From positions 1 through 44,451 of the forward strand of contig DASVYN010000169.1 of assembly GCA_036392155.1 (NCBI GenBank): a stretch of DNA of 44,451 bases. Reading direction: 5' to 3'. How positions within the stretch are numbered: position 1 is the stretch's first letter; the number at the start of each line of letters is the position of its first letter. Of this stretch, positions 1 to 11,612 are shown in pieces. The notes under the pieces were generated by a model. That model saw only the letters and a list, made by a program, of their open reading frames with translations. It had not been told where the DNA came from and ran no database searches. The position numbers and the translations under genes are program-made. Source of the DNA: Sphingomicrobium sp. Lineage in GTDB: Bacteria; Pseudomonadota; Alphaproteobacteria; Sphingomonadales; Sphingomonadaceae.

Positions 1-15
1 GACCTTCTGCCGTGA
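1..15 (+). CDS. 3' end of upstream gene, probably thymidylate kinase (partial)
   Basis: Reads D-L-L-P-stop; the TGA overlaps the holB GTG (GTGA). Identity inferred only from the usual tmk-holB-metG-tatD order. Confidence 0.35.
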   Translation, partial: DLLP

Positions 16-992
16 TCGTCGGCCAGGACCGGGCCGTTGAGCAGTTTGCGAGCGCCTGGGCTACGCGAAAGCTGCATCATGGCTGGCTGCTCGCCGGACC
101 CAAAGGTGTCGGCAAAGCCAGTTTTGCTCATTCAGCGGCGCGCCGCGTGCTCGCCGACGCCGCCGGCCCTTCGTCCACGTTGCCGGGCATTGAAACTCCC
201 GACGATCTTCCGATCGTCAAACTCGTCGAGGCCAGCAGCCATCCGGACATGCGCAGGCTCGAGCGGCTGTTGAACGAGAAGACCGACAATCTTGCCCGCA
301 ACATCAGCGTTGACCAAGTCCGCGATCTTGGCGCGTTCCTGAGCCTCACACCCGCGCTGTCGCAGTGGCGCGTCGTGATCATCGACACGGTCGACGATCT
401 GGAGACCTCCGGCGCCAACGCTCTCCTCAAAATACTTGAGGAACCGCCGCCCAACACCTTGTTCTTTCTCGTCAGCCATGCGCCGGGACGGCTGCTGCCG
501 ACGATCCGCTCTCGCTGCCGCCGGCTGGATTTCCGGAAGCTGGACGATGACGCCATGACGTCAATCGTCGAACGCCAGGCGCCCGGTCTGACCGAGGCCC
601 AACGCGAGCGGCTTATCTCAATGTCTTCCGGCTCGGCGGGCAGGGCGCTCGCTTTTGCGGAGCTGGACCTTGCGAAGCTCGAAGATGCCGCTCTGGCGAT
701 TCTGCGTCAGGGAGATCCGACCAACGCACGCCGTTCGGATCTCGCCAACGAGCTTGGCAAAAAGGGGGCTGCCGATCGCTATTCGGCCTTCCTTGACCTT
801 GTCCCCTCGCTCATCGCGCGCGAGGCGCGGCGGCTCGAGCGTGGCCCACGCGAGCGGGCGCTGGACGCCTATGCCAAGGCCCGCGAGTTGACTGCAATCG
901 CCCCCCGCGTGTCGCTCGACCCCGCCGCAACCGTCTTTCAGATCGGCGGCATCCTCGCTGAGATTGCCCAAGACGCTTCCTTGAAGCCCTAG
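12..992 (+). CDS. holB: DNA polymerase III delta' subunit
   Basis: HHGWLLAGPKGVGKA, HPD, ISVDQVR, ANALLKILEEPP and LLPTIRSRC clamp-loader motifs; lies upstream of metG. Confidence 0.93.
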   Translation: MIVGQDRAVEQFASAWATRKLHHGWLLAGPKGVGKASFAHSAARRVLADAAGPSSTLPGIETPDDLPIVKLVEASSHPDMRRLERLLNEKTDNLARNISVDQVRDLGAFLSLTPALSQWRVVIIDTVDDLETSGANALLKILEEPPPNTLFFLVSHAPGRLLPTIRSRCRRLDFRKLDDDAMTSIVERQAPGLTEAQRERLISMSSGSAGRALAFAELDLAKLEDAALAILRQGDPTNARRSDLANELGKKGAADRYSAFLDLVPSLIAREARRLERGPRERALDAYAKARELTAIAPRVSLDPAATVFQIGGILAEIAQDASLKP

Positions 993-1017
993 GCCGCCGC
1001 CGCTACGTGCGGCGCAC

Positions 1018-2586
1018 ATGTCCGAACCTTTCTACGTCACCACCGCAATCAGCTATCCCAACGGCCCGCCTCATATCGGCCACGCCTATGAGGCGATTGC
1101 CGCCGATGTCATCGCGCGATTCCAGCGCCAGCAGGGGCGCGACGTGCGCTTTCAGACCGGCACTGACGAGCATGGGTTGAAAATGGCACAGGCAGCCCGT
1201 GCACAAGACCTCGAGCCGCGCGCGTTCGCGGACAAGATGTCGCGTCTTTTCCAGCATATGTGCGACACTCTTAATGTGTCTTACGATCGGTTCATTCGGA
1301 CGTCGCAGGACGACCATTATCGCGCCAGCCAAGCGATCTGGAAGGCGATGAAGGAGAGGGGCGATCTCTATCTGGACCGCTATCAGGGTTGGTACTCGGT
1401 CCGGGACGAAGCCTATTACGAAGAAGAGGAGCTCACCGTCACCGACGACGGCACCAGATTGTCGCCGCACGGAACGCCGGTCGAGTGGACGGTTGAGGAG
1501 AGCTGGTTCTTTCGCTTGTCGAAATACCAGCAGCCCTTGCTCGAGCTTTATGCGGCAAATCGGGATTTCATCCGACCCGAAAGCCGCCGAAACGAGGTCG
1601 TGCGCTTCGTCGAAGGCGGGCTGAAGGATCTCAGCATCTCGCGCACCAGCTTCGACTGGGGCGTTCCGGTGCCCGACAGTGAGGGTCACGTCATGTACGT
1701 TTGGCTCGATGCCCTCACCAACTACATTACCGGCCTCGGCTATCCCGACGACACGGAATTGTGGCGCCGCTACTGGCCGGCCGACGTCCACCTGATCGGC
1801 AAGGACGTAGTCCGCTTCCACGCGGTCTACTGGCCGGCGTTCCTGATGTCGGCGGCCATCGCTTTGCCGAAGCAGGTCTTCGGCCACGGCTTCCTTCTGA
1901 GCCGCGGCGAGAAGATGTCGAAGAGCGTCGGAAATGTCGTCGACCCGATGGTGCTCGCCGAATGTTTCGGTGTCGATGCGCTGCGTTATTTCCTGATGCG
2001 CGAAGTGACCTTCGGTCAAGACGGGAGCTACAGCGCGGAGGCGATCGTCAACCGCGCCAATGCGGAGCTCGCGAACAGCTTCGGCAACCTCGCCCAGCGG
2101 GTCCTCACGCAAATTGTCCGCAATTGCGACGGCGGCCTACCGGAGATCCACGGGCACAATGAGGCCGATAATTGTCTGTTTGATCTGGTCTGCGCGGCTG
2201 CCTGCCAGGCGATGCCGGCGGCTTATGGCGAGCTGGCTCTCTCAAGGGCCTGCGAAGCCTGGATCCAGGCGGTGTTCGCCTGCAATGCCTATATCGACGA
2301 GCAGGCGCCTTGGGTGCTGCGCAAGACCGATCCGGAGCGCATGCAGACGGTCCTTGCGACGCTCTACATCTGCATCGCCGTACTCGCCGTTGGAATCCGC
2401 CCGATCATTCCAGCAAGTGCCGACCGGTTGCTGGACAATATGGGCGTCGAACCTGAGCTGCGGACGTTCAGCGGCATTCTGACCCACTGGTATTCGCCGC
2501 TTGCAGAAAGTGAATTCCGCCTTTCCCAACCGAGCCCGCTGTTCCCGCGTCTCGAACTGCCACAGGAGGCGGAGGCGACCACGTGA
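1018..2586 (+). CDS. metG: Methionine--tRNA ligase
   Basis: YVTTAISYPNGPPHIGH (HIGH), GTDEHG, YVWLDAL, KMSKS. Confidence 0.98.
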   Translation: MSEPFYVTTAISYPNGPPHIGHAYEAIAADVIARFQRQQGRDVRFQTGTDEHGLKMAQAARAQDLEPRAFADKMSRLFQHMCDTLNVSYDRFIRTSQDDHYRASQAIWKAMKERGDLYLDRYQGWYSVRDEAYYEEEELTVTDDGTRLSPHGTPVEWTVEESWFFRLSKYQQPLLELYAANRDFIRPESRRNEVVRFVEGGLKDLSISRTSFDWGVPVPDSEGHVMYVWLDALTNYITGLGYPDDTELWRRYWPADVHLIGKDVVRFHAVYWPAFLMSAAIALPKQVFGHGFLLSRGEKMSKSVGNVVDPMVLAECFGVDALRYFLMREVTFGQDGSYSAEAIVNRANAELANSFGNLAQRVLTQIVRNCDGGLPEIHGHNEADNCLFDLVCAAACQAMPAAYGELALSRACEAWIQAVFACNAYIDEQAPWVLRKTDPERMQTVLATLYICIAVLAVGIRPIIPASADRLLDNMGVEPELRTFSGILTHWYSPLAESEFRLSQPSPLFPRLELPQEAEATT

Positions 2587-3362
2587 AGTTGATCGACAGC
2601 CACTGCCATCTCAATTACGAAGGCTTGGTAGAACGTCAGACCGAAGTACTTGAGAATGCAAGACTTCGAGGGGTAGGCGGTTTCCTCAACATTTCGACCC
2701 GTCAGCGCGAGTGGAGCGAAATTATCGCCGTCGCCGAGCGCGAGCCGGACGTCTGGGCCAGCGTCGGCGTTCACCCGCACGAAGCGGACGCTCACCCAGA
2801 CCTTGGCGCCGCGGCGCTGGGTGAGGCCACCCACCACCCGCGCGTCATCGCAATCGGGGAGTGCGGCCTCGACTATTATTATGACAAGTCTGATCGGGCG
2901 GCGCAGCGGGAGCGCTTCCAGGCGCACATCGATGCTGCGCGTGAGACCGGGCTGCCGTTGGTGGTCCACACTCGCAATGCGGAAGAGGATACCGCCGAGA
3001 TCCTTGGAGAAGCCGTCAGGCAAGGGGGCGTAACCGGCGTATTTCACTGCTTTACCGGCTCGGCCGAGCTTGCGCGCAAGGGCCTGGATTTCGGCTTCTA
3101 CATATCGCTTTCGGGCATCGTGACCTTCAAGAACGCGACCGACTTGCAGCAAATAGCCCGCGGGCTGCCGCTCGATCGCATGCTCGTGGAAACGGATTCG
3201 CCGTTCCTCGCCCCGGTTCCGCACCGCGGGCAGAAGTGCGAGCCGGCTTTCGTCGCCGACACGGCGAGCTTCGTAGCCGAGCTTAGGGGAGACGATCCCG
3301 AAGAGCTCGCGCGGGCAACGACCGCGAACTTTTTCAAATTGTTCAGCAAAGCCCAGGGATAA
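2583..3362 (+). CDS. tatD: TatD family hydrolase/DNase
   Basis: IDSHCHL, GVHPH, IGECGLDY, VVHTR, FHCFTG, ETDSPFLAP; GTGA overlap with metG. Confidence 0.95.
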   Translation: MKLIDSHCHLNYEGLVERQTEVLENARLRGVGGFLNISTRQREWSEIIAVAEREPDVWASVGVHPHEADAHPDLGAAALGEATHHPRVIAIGECGLDYYYDKSDRAAQRERFQAHIDAARETGLPLVVHTRNAEEDTAEILGEAVRQGGVTGVFHCFTGSAELARKGLDFGFYISLSGIVTFKNATDLQQIARGLPLDRMLVETDSPFLAPVPHRGQKCEPAFVADTASFVAELRGDDPEELARATTANFFKLFSKAQG

Positions 3363-3366
3363 CAAA

Positions 3367-4134
3367 TTGAAAGTAAGGATTCTCGGCTGCGGAACGTCGA
3401 CCGGGGTTCCAAAGCTCGGGAACGACTGGGGCCAATGTGATCCTGATGAACCTCGCAATTATCGCCTACGGACCTCGATTCTGGTCGAGAGTGCAGGCGA
3501 ACCCATGCTCGTCGACTGTGGACCGGATCTACGCCAGCAGCTCCTCGCAGCGGAGGCGGGAAGGCTCGGCGGCGTCATTGTCACCCACGCTCACGCCGAT
3601 CACTGCCACGGGATCGACGAGCTTCGCCCGATTGCGCAGGCGCTCGGCGGTCCGCTGCCGCTCCATGCGCGAGCGGATGTGCTGGACGAGCTGAAGCTGC
3701 GTTTTGCCTACGCATTTGAGCAAACAGACTTCTATCGCCCAATCGTTGAAGCAAGAGAGCTGGGTGAGGAGCTCCGCTTCGGCGACTGTCGCATCACCTC
3801 AGTCGATCAGCCGCATGGCGAAGTGACATCCCTTGGGCTGCGGTTCGATGATAGCTGCTGCTCGGTCGGATATGCTATAGATTTTAGTGCGTTAAACGAC
3901 GATATGATGGGACTTTATCAAGGCGTTGACGTGTGGATCGCCGATTGCCTGACGCGCAAGCCGCACCCGACGCACATGCATCTTGAAGGGATTCTGGGCG
4001 CTGCAAGAGATCTTCGCGTCGGCCAGCTCTATCTCGTCCACATGGGGAACGGGCTGGACTATCGGACGCTGCTCGGCGAGCTTCCGGAATGGGCCGCACC
4101 GGCCCATGACGGACTGGAGTTCGAGCTCAAATGA
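3367..4134 (+). CDS. MBL-fold metallohydrolase (PhnP-like)
   Basis: ILGCGTSTGVP, THAHADHCHG (HxHxDH), HPTH; TTG start; usual position after tatD. Confidence 0.9.
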   Translation: MKVRILGCGTSTGVPKLGNDWGQCDPDEPRNYRLRTSILVESAGEPMLVDCGPDLRQQLLAAEAGRLGGVIVTHAHADHCHGIDELRPIAQALGGPLPLHARADVLDELKLRFAYAFEQTDFYRPIVEARELGEELRFGDCRITSVDQPHGEVTSLGLRFDDSCCSVGYAIDFSALNDDMMGLYQGVDVWIADCLTRKPHPTHMHLEGILGAARDLRVGQLYLVHMGNGLDYRTLLGELPEWAAPAHDGLEFELK

Positions 4135-4712
4135 GCGACCGCGCACCCGACGTGGCTTATTATGCAATTGCAGTACTCCTCGTCCTGAGCTCGCTATTCA
4201 CCATGAAATTGCCGCTTGGGAAGGCGCTCAGGATCGCCGCGGCATGGGTCGCGATCTTCGCCGGTTTTTTCATTCTATTCGCTTTCAGAGGCGACTTTCT
4301 TGCGTTTGGGCAGAGGCTCAAGGCGGAGGCTGTCGGTTCGGCGATCGTCGATCGCCAGCAAGTCCGGATCCCAATCGCTGATGACGGCCATTTCTGGGTT
4401 GAGGCCGCCGTCAATGGGCATTCAGCGCGGTTCCTGGTCGACAGCGGGGCGTCGGTGACGACGATCTCGCGTGAGATGGCGCGGGCGGCGGGCATTCCCG
4501 ATACGGGTCAACATATCGTCGTTGATACCGCGAACGGGCGGGCGCCCGCGACCGAGGCTTATGCCGACCGTCTTGAAGTTCGGTCAATCACTCGCATCGA
4601 CTTTCCAATCGACATCAATGGTCGTGATCAAACCAATGTTCTGGGTATGAATTTTCTTTCGTCACTCAGCGGTTGGCGGGTCGAGGGCAATTATTTGGTT
4701 CTGCAGCCGTGA
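4131..4712 (+). CDS. Membrane-anchored clan AA (retropepsin-like, TIGR02281-type) aspartic protease, copy 1
   Basis: Two N-terminal hydrophobic helices, DGHFW, FLVDSGAS catalytic motif, TANG, NVLGMNFLS. Confidence 0.9.
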   Translation: MSDRAPDVAYYAIAVLLVLSSLFTMKLPLGKALRIAAAWVAIFAGFFILFAFRGDFLAFGQRLKAEAVGSAIVDRQQVRIPIADDGHFWVEAAVNGHSARFLVDSGASVTTISREMARAAGIPDTGQHIVVDTANGRAPATEAYADRLEVRSITRIDFPIDINGRDQTNVLGMNFLSSLSGWRVEGNYLVLQP

Positions 4713-5296
4713 CCAACAGCCTTCAGCTCGGCGGTCTGTATCTGTTGATGGCCGCAATGCTGATCTCTGGAGCGCTCATGGCCCGACGCGAGCCTGTGGC
4801 GAAGACGATCACGATGGCGCTCGCCTGGATCGCAATCTTCGGCGCTGGATTCGTGCTGTTCACGTTTCGCGACAATCTCGGCTGGGTTGTGCAACGGCTC
4901 AAGGCAGAGGCGGTCGGCACGGCTGTACAGCAAGGCCGGGAGACGCGGATCCCGATGGCGATCGACGGCCATTTTTGGGCCACTGCAAAGCTCAACGGTC
5001 ATGACGTCAAATTTCTGATCGACAGCGGGGCTACCACGACAACCGTCGATCGCGACACTGCAAAGGCTGCAGGTGTGGAGATGTCGTCGCGCCGTGACCG
5101 ATATGTCCGGACCGGTAATGGGGTGATCCGCGTGTCCAGCGGCAGAGCGGATGAGCTGACTGTCGGGACCATCAGTCGCCGCGATGTCGAGCTGGAAATC
5201 GCCGACAACGATGATCTGAATGTTCTTGGCATGAATTATCTGTCGTCCTTGAGCCGCTGGGGTGTGGAAGGCCGATGGCTGGTGATGGTCCCCTGA
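4709..5296 (+). CDS. Membrane-anchored clan AA aspartic protease, copy 2
   Basis: DGHFW, FLIDSGAT, TGNG, NVLGMNYLS. Start moved to GTG 4709, which overlaps the stop of copy 1 (GTGA). Confidence 0.9.
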   Translation: MTNSLQLGGLYLLMAAMLISGALMARREPVAKTITMALAWIAIFGAGFVLFTFRDNLGWVVQRLKAEAVGTAVQQGRETRIPMAIDGHFWATAKLNGHDVKFLIDSGATTTTVDRDTAKAAGVEMSSRRDRYVRTGNGVIRVSSGRADELTVGTISRRDVELEIADNDDLNVLGMNYLSSLSRWGVEGRWLVMVP

Positions 5297-5306
5297 TCTA
5301 TGATGG

Positions 5307-5334
5307 ATTTTACATAATGCATATTATCATACTT
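5307..5334 (-). other. dif-like XerCD chromosome dimer resolution site
   Basis: Minus strand reads AAGTATGATAA-TATGCA-TTATGTAAAAT (11-6-11). The right arm differs from the E. coli XerD arm TTATGTTAAAT at one position; the left arm ends in ATAA like XerC arms. Intergenic and AT-rich. Confidence 0.8.
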
Positions 5335-5362
5335 TCAGATCGAGATGAGCGGGGGCCCTTTC

Positions 5363-6112
5363 ATGTCGCTTGAGCGCCTCCGTGAGATCATGCGCCGATT
5401 GCGCGACCCGGTCAGCGGCTGCGAATGGGACACCGTCCAGACGTTCGACACGATCGCACCCTATACGATCGAAGAAGCCTATGAGGTCGCCGACGCGATC
5501 GCGCGCCAGGATATGGACTCGCTCGCCGACGAGCTCGGCGATCTTCAGCTCCAGGTCGTATTCCACGCCCAAATGGCTGAAGAAGCCGGGTTGTTCACGC
5601 TTGAAGACGTCCTCCAGCGCATCTCGGACAAGATGGAGCGCAGGCATCCGCACATCTTCGGCGAGGCTGAGCATGGCGGGCATCATCTGTGGGAAGTCAT
5701 CAAGGCCGAAGAACGGGCCGCAAATCCCGACAAAAGCGCCCTTGCCGGCGTCGCCCTGGCTCTCCCGGCCCTGGAGCGCGCGGCCAAGCTGCAGCGGCGC
5801 GCCGCACGCACCGGTTTCGACTGGCCCGATATTTCAGGGCCGCGCGCGAAGATCGACGAGGAATTGGCCGAGCTCGACGCAGAGAGCGATCATGACCGCA
5901 AGCTGGACGAACTGGGCGATCTGCTGTTCGCCGTCGTAAACCTCGCACGCCATCTCAACATCGAGCCAGAAGCTGCTTTGCGCGATGCCAATCGGAAGTT
6001 TGAGCAACGCTTTCGCGCAATTGAGCAGCACCCCGGTTTTGGGCAAATGTCGCTGGAGGAGAAAGAACAGCTCTGGGTTCGGGCAAAGGCTCAGGCCGAG
6101 CCCATCGCCTGA
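5363..6112 (+). CDS. mazG: Nucleoside triphosphate pyrophosphohydrolase MazG
   Basis: LRDPVSGCEWD, YTIEEAYEV, DELGDLQLQVVFH, RRHPHIF, second DELGDLLF. Start is 5363 or 5345. Confidence 0.95.
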   Translation: MSLERLREIMRRLRDPVSGCEWDTVQTFDTIAPYTIEEAYEVADAIARQDMDSLADELGDLQLQVVFHAQMAEEAGLFTLEDVLQRISDKMERRHPHIFGEAEHGGHHLWEVIKAEERAANPDKSALAGVALALPALERAAKLQRRAARTGFDWPDISGPRAKIDEELAELDAESDHDRKLDELGDLLFAVVNLARHLNIEPEAALRDANRKFEQRFRAIEQHPGFGQMSLEEKEQLWVRAKAQAEPIA

Positions 6113-7398
6113 AATCGCGCCCAATTATCGGGTGACAGGCGGACCGACAGCTCCAGCTCGTCATCATCGAGCTTCTGGTCGATGACCTCGCCCCGCGAGT
6201 GTAACCAGGCGATCTTCCCGCCCTCCCTCGCCGACAATCTCACCAGATGTACTTGCTCGCCGCTCCTGAGCTTCTCGGCCATGCATTCGCGCAAATTGTC
6301 CAGTCCATCGCCGGTGACCGCGGAGATCGCCACAACGTCCTGGCGGCGCTTTGCCTCTTCGCCGAGCCGCTCGCGGTCCTCCGGTGACAGCAGGTCGACC
6401 TTGTTCCAGGCTTCGATCCGCTGCGGCGCGCCCTCTTGCGCGAGCCCCAGCGAGGTCAGCACGTCGTCGACGTCATCGCGCTGCGCCTCGCGGTCCGGAT
6501 GCGCCATGTTGCGGACGTGGACGATGAGATCGGCCGATGCGACCTCCTCGAGCGTCGCTCGGAACGCTGCGATCAATTCAGTCGGCAGATCCGACACGAA
6601 TCCGACCGTGTCCGAGAGGATCGCCTTTTCCAACCCAGGCAGGCGAATGTCGCGCATCGTCGGGTCGAGCGTCGCGAACAAGAGGTTTTCCGCGAAAACA
6701 GCTTCGCCGGTCAGCCTGTTGAAAAGTGTCGATTTTCCGGCGTTGGTATAGCCGACAAGAGCAATCACGGGCCAAGGCGCGCGCTGGCGCCGGTCGCGGT
6801 GCAGCGTGCGAGTCCGCTTCACCTGGTCAAGCTCACGGCGGATCTTCGCCATTCGGTCGCGGATCATCCGCCGGTCGGCTTCGATCTGCGTTTCGCCGGG
6901 ACCGCCGAGGAAACCGAAGCCGCCGCGCTGCCGCTCGAGGTGCGTCCAGCTCCTGACCAGCCGGCCGGCCTGATATTCCAAATGCGCGAGCTCGACCTGG
7001 AGCTGGCCTTCCGCGGTTGCCGCTCGCTCGCCGAAAATCTCCAGGATCAGTCCGGTGCGGTCGATCACCTTGGTACCGACCTCCTCCTCGAGATTCTTTT
7101 GCTGGATGGGAGTCAGCGCCGCATCGACGACCAGCAGGCCAGCACCTTGCGCCCTTGCAGTCTCGGCAATCTCTTCAACCTGTCCTTTGCCAAGGAGCGT
7201 CGCCGGTCGCGGAGATCGCACCCGGAACGGTCGGGCCGCAACGACGTCGATCCCAATCGCTTCGGCCAGCCCCTCGGCCTCCTCGACGCGCGCGTCAGCC
7301 GATCGCCGCGCTCCCTCGCGCGGCAGCTCCGGGACGGCGATAATCGCGCGCTCGCCCCTCGCGACGTCGGTGACGCCATGAGCATCATATTCGTTCAG
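6091..7398 (-). CDS. hflX: GTPase HflX (probable CTG start)
   Basis: [44 protein letters not shown]. The frame stays open upstream of 7221 to CTG 7398, which overlaps the hfq stop. Confidence 0.95.
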   Translation of the reverse strand: MNEYDAHGVTDVARGERAIIAVPELPREGARRSADARVEEAEGLAEAIGIDVVAARPFRVRSPRPATLLGKGQVEEIAETARAQGAGLLVVDAALTPIQQKNLEEEVGTKVIDRTGLILEIFGERAATAEGQLQVELAHLEYQAGRLVRSWTHLERQRGGFGFLGGPGETQIEADRRMIRDRMAKIRRELDQVKRTRTLHRDRRQRAPWPVIALVGYTNAGKSTLFNRLTGEAVFAENLLFATLDPTMRDIRLPGLEKAILSDTVGFVSDLPTELIAAFRATLEEVASADLIVHVRNMAHPDREAQRDDVDDVLTSLGLAQEGAPQRIEAWNKVDLLSPEDRERLGEEAKRRQDVVAISAVTGDGLDNLRECMAEKLRSGEQVHLVRLSAREGGKIAWLHSRGEVIDQKLDDDELELSVRLSPDNWARFQAMGSA

Positions 7399-7886
7399 GA
7401 TTCGCTCTCCTCCGGTTCTTCCCCTTGCTCAGGACCAAGGCTGAGCGGGTGCGCCGGCTGGAGCGTAGAAATGGCGTGCTTATAGACCAGTTGCACCTGG
7501 TCCCCTCGCTCGAGCACCAGGCTGAACTGGTCGAAGCCGGTGACCGAACCCTGCAGCATCACGCCATTGACCAGGAAAAGGGTCATCCGCTCCGGGTCGC
7601 GGGCGGCAGCGGCCAGGAAGAGGTCCTGGAGCGTCGCCTTGGCGCCATCGATCGAAGTGGACGTCGGCACGAAGTCGGCTGGAGATTCGACCGGCATGAT
7701 CGTCGAGATCGAATGCTTGTAGACCAGCTGCGATGCGCCCTCGCGCCGAAGCAGCAGCGAGAAAGCGTCGAACCAAGTGATCACGCCCTGGAGCTTTACG
7801 CCCTTCACGAGGAAGATCGTGACCGGGAGCTTGGCACGCCGGACGCTGTTCAGGAAATGATCCTGCAGGCTCAGCGAACGCGCCAT
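7395..7886 (-). CDS. hfq: RNA chaperone Hfq with two tandem Sm/Hfq domains
   Basis: LQDxFL...FLVxGVxLQG...FD.FS...QLVYKH(S/A)IST occurs twice; lies between ntrX and hflX. Confidence 0.95.
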   Translation of the reverse strand: MARSLSLQDHFLNSVRRAKLPVTIFLVKGVKLQGVITWFDAFSLLLRREGASQLVYKHSISTIMPVESPADFVPTSTSIDGAKATLQDLFLAAAARDPERMTLFLVNGVMLQGSVTGFDQFSLVLERGDQVQLVYKHAISTLQPAHPLSLGPEQGEEPEESES

Positions 7887-7896
7887 ACCGCCTCCC

Positions 7897-9278
<1,382 letters not shown>

Positions 9279-9279
<1 letters not shown>

Positions 9280-11552
9280 CAGGCCTCCTCACCATCTCGA
9301 ATAACCGGTTCCTGCTGTCCTTCCGGCTGTAGGCCACCCAGAGCCGCCAATTTTGCCGTGTCAAAGGAGATTCGGACGTGCGTCCCCCCGCCCGGCCGAT
9401 CGAGGAAGGCGATCTCGCCCATATGCTCCTCGACGATCTTCTTGACGATTGCCAGACCCAGTCCGGTGCCTCGTACCCGCGTCGTCATATAAGGTTCGGT
9501 CAGCCGCTCGCGATCCTCAGGCAGCCCCATGCCCGTGTCGAGCACGTCGATGACGAGATGTGCCTGCTCGTCGTGCAACTTCAGGTCGATGCGATCCCCA
9601 ACAAGACTGTGCTCCCCGCGGCTCTTTCTTCCTTCGATGGCCTCCACGGCGTTCTTGACGACATTCGTCAGGGCCTGAGCCAGCTGCCGACGGTCGCAGA
9701 CCATGCGAAACGCGCCCTGTTGCGGCTCCAGGGTGAAGGTGATCGCCGGGTGCGCAACCTCGTGCAGGAACAAGGCCTGCCGCGCGATCTCATATATGTC
9801 CTCATCCCGAAATGAGGGTTTGGGCATGCGCGCAAAATTCGAGAATTCGTCGACCATTCGCCGCAGGTCGCCGACCTGCCGCACGATCGTCGCAGTCAGC
9901 CGTTCGAACGTATCCTTGTCCGATCTGACCTCTTCGCCGAAGCGACGCTGCAAACGCTCGGCCGCGAGTTGGATCGGGGTAAGTGGATTCTTGATCTCGT
10001 GCGCAATGCGCCGCGCAATATCCGACCAGGCTGCCCGGCGCTGGTCCGAAAGCTGATCGGTAATATCGTCGAAGGTCAGCACCGAACCATCGCCGTAGCG
10101 CATGCGCTTGACTGCGAGCGTCCGCTGCACGCCGTCGGCAGCGATCAGCACGTTCGCGTCTGACTGATCTCCTCGCATGAACTCGTCGAGTTCGGGAGCA
10201 ATCGAACCAAGGCGCCTGCCCTCCAGCTCTTCCTCTCCCTTCTGGAGAAGAGTCTCGGCAGATCGGTTGAGCAGCCGAATTCGAAATCCGCTGTCGACTG
10301 CAACCACACCGGCGGTAACGCTCGACAGGACCGCTTCGATGAATGCGCGGCGGGTGTCGAGCTGGGTATTGGCCGCGCGCAACGCATTGGTCTGTTCTTC
10401 AAGCCGCCCGGTCATTCGATTGAATGCCGTCGCCAGCGTCTGGACCTCGTCTTCGGTCTTGGTGATCGGGACCCTTGCGGAAAAGTCGCCGGCCTCGATC
10501 CGGCCAGCCGCAGTGACCAGCTCGCCGACCGGCCGAACGACCCGGTCGGCAAGACGCAATGCCGTATAAATCGAAAGGCCGACGATGATCAGCGCGCCGA
10601 GAAGCAGCGCGGCATTGAAGCGAAGCTGGTTGATCCGTGAGCGCGCAAGCAGCGTATGATAATCGCGAAGCACCAGGTTCGCCCGGCGCATCTGCTGGGC
10701 GATTTCCGGATCGACCCACCGCGCGGCATATAGATAGAAATCGGTTCCGTAACTGAGCCTCGTGAGGACCGCGATCCGATTGGGAGTTCGCTCTTCGACC
10801 GTCGCATCGGCCGGCAAGCGTGCAAGCCGCGATACTGCGTCGTGCAGTCGCGCAGGATTTATCATCCCCTCATAGCCATTGATCACGCCGAACGACTGCA
10901 CTTCGCCCTTCGGATCGATCTTCACGATTGCGGCTTCATTGAGCGATCGCAAATATGTCTGTGTCGCAAGGGCTTCGGAAACGCGCGGATCGTCGATTGG
11001 AACACGGCGAAGGCCGTCAGCCATATTTCCGGACATCGCCGTCGCTTCTGCTCCAACCCGCCCAAGCTCGTATCGATAAGTCGCCTGGGCGACTTGCATC
11101 GTATTCTCGAGCATGCTGCGCGCACGGTCGGAGAACCAGAATTCGAGCCCGCTCTGGAACAGCAGCGAGGCGAAGATTGCGACCAGGACCGTCGGTACTG
11201 CTGCGACTGCCGAAAACAAAGCGACCAGACGAATGTGGAGCCTGCCGCTACCAAGACCTCCCTGCTCCGCTCGGCGCACTGCTACCCGGCGCGAGTAAAG
11301 GACCATCAGCGCGATCGCCGGCAGCAGGTTGGCGATCAGCAGCAGAGCGATCACTGGCGGCGACAGAGGCGACAGAAGGGTCCCCGGCTCAGCGCCGCGG
11401 CGAAGCAACCACACGCTAAGGCCCATCATGGCCACGAGGAAAGCCGCGATCAGCCAGGCGAGCCGGTCGTAGAACCGTCCGCTGGCCCGCTCCCGCTGGA
11501 GCCAGCTATCGTGCTCTGAAATCACCGGCGATTCGGCCGTAACCGCGTCCAT
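9279..11552 (-). CDS. ntrY: Sensor histidine kinase NtrY
   Basis: TM helices, GLEFWFS, HAMP and PAS regions, AWSDIARRIAHEIKNPLTPIQL H-box, GTGLGLAIVKKI. Start 11552 (alternative 11570). Confidence 0.93.
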
Positions 11553-11612
11553 TTGTTGGGGGCCTAGCATGGCCGTTGCACAAAAAACACAGTTGGATTG
11601 AAGGGATTTTGA

